This document shows positions 60,931 to 64,000 of a stretch of DNA of 64,000 bases, piece after piece; the stretch's first letter is position 1; every line of letters begins with the position of its first letter. The translations under genes were made by a program, and so were the position numbers. Location of the stretch: NCBI RefSeq assembly GCF_032444005.1, contig NC_091291.1, positions 134,726,001 through 134,790,000 of the forward strand, in the 5' to 3' direction. The notes beneath the pieces are model-generated. The model had not been told where the DNA came from. It did not search any database and saw nothing but the letters and a program-made list of their open reading frames with translations. This stretch comes from Ranitomeya imitator (lineage: Eukaryota).

Positions 60931-60956
60931 GCGCTTCCTGTAATGACCACAGCAAA

Positions 60957-61094
60957 AATAAATCTCTTCTGACTTTAATTGATACGTTGAGCTTCTACTC
61001 TAGTGTAATATAATCTATTGTGACGCTGCCATTATGGACTCTAGTATGTTAGGAATTAAGTATTGATTATTTTTATGATCGCCTGTAAAATAAA
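60957..61094 (+). terminator. Candidate poly(A) signals of ZP gene B
   Basis: AATAAA at 60957-60962 and 61089-61094. Confidence 0.55.
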
Positions 61095-61165
61095 AAAGAG
61101 CCGAATGTTCGATCATTTTTGCCATTGATTGTGTCGATGCTGATATACAGTTACTTGCATTAAAA

Positions 61166-64000
61166 TGTAATGACCAGAGGTCCGAATAAGATCCAGTGAG
61201 TCACAAACCAAGACCAAGGCAGAAATCTCCAAAGGTATTTACTCAAAGGCAAATTAATCAAGGTAATATGGAGAATATTAAGGCAGATGCACCCCAAAGA
61301 TACACTAATTCAGCAGCAGCTGAAATCACTGTGCCACTCAAAGGTCTCCTGAGAACTGTGTACTACAACAGACTAGTAAGAAATTTACCTAACAGGCAAC
61401 TAAAAACAGAAACAAGTGTAAATTGAATGTAGTGTTATTAAGGGAGCCCCTGGAATGGCACATTGAGTATAACTTACACAACTCTAATATAAGATACACC
61501 TCTAAAGTAACAATTTAACACTCTGAGCAGAGATACCCGGGTATCTATAACTATGGTACCGTATCCTGAGATAGATTTCCTCTCAGGCAGGAATCCGCAG
61601 AGGCTGTAGCCAGTCCATATCTTCAGCGCCAATAAGTTACAGCAAGCTCCTCTTGTCTCTGCTTCTGTAGCTCCTAGGAATGGTTCCACGACAATCCGTC
61701 TGTCTCTGTATCAGCAGTCTGTCCAGACTTGTTCCTCCACTCAATGCACAGGGAATCCACAGACTTCCAAATTCGTACTGGGTTCTTAGCAAAGTCTCCG
61801 TCTTTTCTTAGATAAAGGGTTAGCTCCTCTCCAGGAAATGTTAGCAACACAAGTCTCTCACAGAGTTAAACAAAAGGTTAGCTCTTCTCCAGGGGAACGT
61901 TAGCAACAAAAAGTCTCTCAAAAGCTTCTTTTCCTCCAAAAACACTTGCAGTAAATCCACACAGTCTCTTTTTAAGATCTCACAGCAGCTTCTCCTTTTC
62001 TTCCCGCCTTTTCTCTCTCAGCTCTCACTTCCTACTTTCACTTTACACTCGAGACACTAGACCCCACCCCGCAGCACACATTGTCTCTGGGAGGTCTGTC
62101 CTCTGCTGCAACAGGCAAAAACCACAGGGTCCTAGTGCCCTCTCAGTGGGACTACAGTTCACCCTCTTACATGCCACCCCACTAGAGGTTGGCGTCCTCG
62201 ACATACCTTCCCACTCAAATTCATCTTGAGCATATCGCTGAGGCGGTATTCCTGCCGTAGATCGTGTAGTTCTCCTGAGTCCTACATCAACAGGTGCGAC
62301 CTTAGAGGGAGCTAGAGTCTCTTCCGTGGTCGTGTTAGTGGACGTAAGTGGAGTTGTCTCCTCCTGCGGCTCGATGTCCTGTGATACAGCGTCAGGACCA
62401 AGCAGTTGACCTGATGCACTCTCCTCAACAACATCCTCCATATCCCCAACATTCTCATCACCCGAGGCCAGATCGGTCACAGGGGGCAAATAAGCAGGCG
62501 CAGGAGTAAGCACACCATCAAACTCAAGATCATTCAGAGCTTCCGCCCCTTGGAACATGGCCTCTGGCTCTAGGGGGGTAGGCGCTGAATCTTCAAACCA
62601 GCACCGTTGTAACATGTTACGATGCAAATTACGGGTTGGCCCCCCTGTCCCCACCGGTTCGACCTCGTACACTGGAATCTCAGGGTTCACTTGTTTTTTT
62701 ATCAGATACGGTATCGCCTCCCATCGGTCACTCAGCTTTCCTGGCCGTCGTTTTGTCCTCACCAACACTCTGTCCCCCGGAGAGAACAGCTCTGTTTGTA
62801 CAGGTCGCGTGTCCTTATGGACCACCTGTCGAAGGCGGTCGCCAACCACCTGATGCACCACCCTCAACCGCCGCCGATGCTCTCGTACCCACTCGGATGC
62901 AGTCCGAAGGGGGGCGGAGGAGGGATCTGGCATGTTCAAATCCTCAATGTCTCGGCCAGGTCTACCAAACATCAACATGTGTGGTGAGTAACCAGTAGTA
63001 CTGTGCACCCTGTTATTGTAAGCCCACATCAATTCGGGGAGATACTCAGGCCAGCATGTCTGTTGCTGACTCTCTAAGGACCTCAACATTTGCAACAGGG
63101 TCCGATTAAAACGCTCACACGCCCCGTTACCCTGAGGGTGGTAAGGCGTTGTTCTCGACTGCTCGATACCATAGAGCTGGTGCAACTCTTTCATCAGCGT
63201 CCCCTGAAAGCAGGCCCCTTGATCTGAATGTATTCTCTGCGGACACCCGAACACTTGGAAGAAATGTCGGCACACTGCCTCAGCCGCCGACTTGGCCGTC
63301 TGATCTCTTGTCGGCACCGCTACAGCATACTTGGTAAAGTGATCTGTCATCACCAGGCAATAGGAGTACCCTGACGTAGAGTACCCTATCAACACGTAGT
63401 CAATCATGAGTAGCTCCAGTGGAGCTGAAGTCTTAATAGACTGTGTGGGAGCCCGCTGTTCAGGGCTTTTGTTGAGCCCACAAATTCGGCACTGCCGACA
63501 CGCGTCGGCCACCATCCCTCCCAACTCAGGGCAGTAGAGGACTCGCTGCAACCACTGAAGTGTCTTTTCACTTCCAAAATGGGCCCCCTTCTCATGCGCC
63601 TCACGAGCGACCACTGGCCCCATCCCCACAGGAATTATCAGTTGGTACCGATGCTGCAGCTCCGATGGCAGGTCCACCTTACGATACAAAAGACCTTGCT
63701 CCACACACAATTTATCCCATTGTCGAAGGAGTTTCATTCCTTCCATGGACAACTGAGCCTTGTCCTCTGCACTGGGCCAGGCCTTGTTTTGTACCCAACG
63801 GCGCACAAGTGCAATGTCCGGACACTCATCCTGGACTCTTGTCCAATCTGAGGGTGTTTTACCCAGGACACAGGGCATCCCGGTGGCCACCCCACTTGAG
63901 TGTACCACACTTTGGAAGATAGGTATCTGCCCCAAAGCTGGAGTTTCAGTATCCTCAAGTTGTTCGTCAACATCTTCCCCGGATGACCCAAGGGGCACCC
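61166..64000 (-). mobile_element. Ty3/Gypsy LTR retrotransposon, 3' end (3' LTR ~61166-62171 plus integrase), runs off the right edge
   Basis: TGTAA...TTACA bounded ~1006-bp LTR; purine-rich tract AGTGGGGTGGCA 5' of it on the minus strand; pol ORF with integrase. Confidence 0.88.
62043..63998 (-). CDS. Gypsy pol C-terminal part: integrase (HHCC zinc finger, DDE core)
   Basis: HEKGAH...CRQC; LLMIDY, IHSDQG, TTPYHPQGNGACERFNRTL; open for 651 codons. Confidence 0.92.
   Translation of the reverse strand: MPLGSSGEDVDEQLEDTETPALGQIPIFQSVVHSSGVATGMPCVLGKTPSDWTRVQDECPDIALVRRWVQNKAWPSAEDKAQLSMEGMKLLRQWDKLCVEQGLLYRKVDLPSELQHRYQLIIPVGMGPVVAREAHEKGAHFGSEKTLQWLQRVLYCPELGGMVADACRQCRICGLNKSPEQRAPTQSIKTSAPLELLMIDYVLIGYSTSGYSYCLVMTDHFTKYAVAVPTRDQTAKSAAEAVCRHFFQVFGCPQRIHSDQGACFQGTLMKELHQLYGIEQSRTTPYHPQGNGACERFNRTLLQMLRSLESQQQTCWPEYLPELMWAYNNRVHSTTGYSPHMLMFGRPGRDIEDLNMPDPSSAPLRTASEWVREHRRRLRVVHQVVGDRLRQVVHKDTRPVQTELFSPGDRVLVRTKRRPGKLSDRWEAIPYLIKKQVNPEIPVYEVEPVGTGGPTRNLHRNMLQRCWFEDSAPTPLEPEAMFQGAEALNDLEFDGVLTPAPAYLPPVTDLASGDENVGDMEDVVEESASGQLLGPDAVSQDIEPQEETTPLTSTNTTTEETLAPSKVAPVDVGLRRTTRSTAGIPPQRYAQDEFEWEGMSRTPTSSGVACKRVNCSPTERALGPCGFCLLQQRTDLPETMCAAGWGLVSRV

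Noticed and set aside
1-64000. CRISPR arrays, rRNA or true tRNA genes
   Set aside because: Eukaryotic sequence with no repeat-spacer arrays; the only A/B-box element is the SINE head, which lacks a full cloverleaf.

Overview
Vertebrate genomic DNA, most likely an anuran (frog); this is inferred from a Xenopus-like BTG4 and frog-type repeat families. Three spliced protein-coding genes lie on the + strand. (1) BTG4, a maternal B9.15-type gene with 4 coding exons (18593-20084) and a CPE-rich 3'UTR. (2, 3) A tandem pair of anciently diverged ZPLD1/cupulin-like zona pellucida (ZP) module genes: gene A (23762-34337, 371 aa) and gene B (48324-60930, 425 aa), each with 10 coding exons in identical phases. 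Both have a signal peptide, all ZP-N/ZP-C cysteines, a furin site and an EHP. B has a full transmembrane helix and cytoplasmic tail. A ends in a short GPI-signal-like hydrophobic tail, and its 3'UTR seems to hold a decayed in-frame TM/tail. The rest is transposon-dominated: two full-length Tc1 DD34E elements with intact transposases and ~200-bp near-perfect TIRs, a DD37E element with a nested solo LTR, several Tc1 remnants, L2 and CR1 LINEs, a tRNA-derived SINE, Gypsy elements (one Gmr1/SCAN-like gag, one integrase at the right edge), solo LTRs, TTAA and hAT MITEs, minisatellites, and Penelope-type hammerhead-like motifs. Gene models were assembled by hand from splice signals and reading-frame phase. 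No database searches were run.
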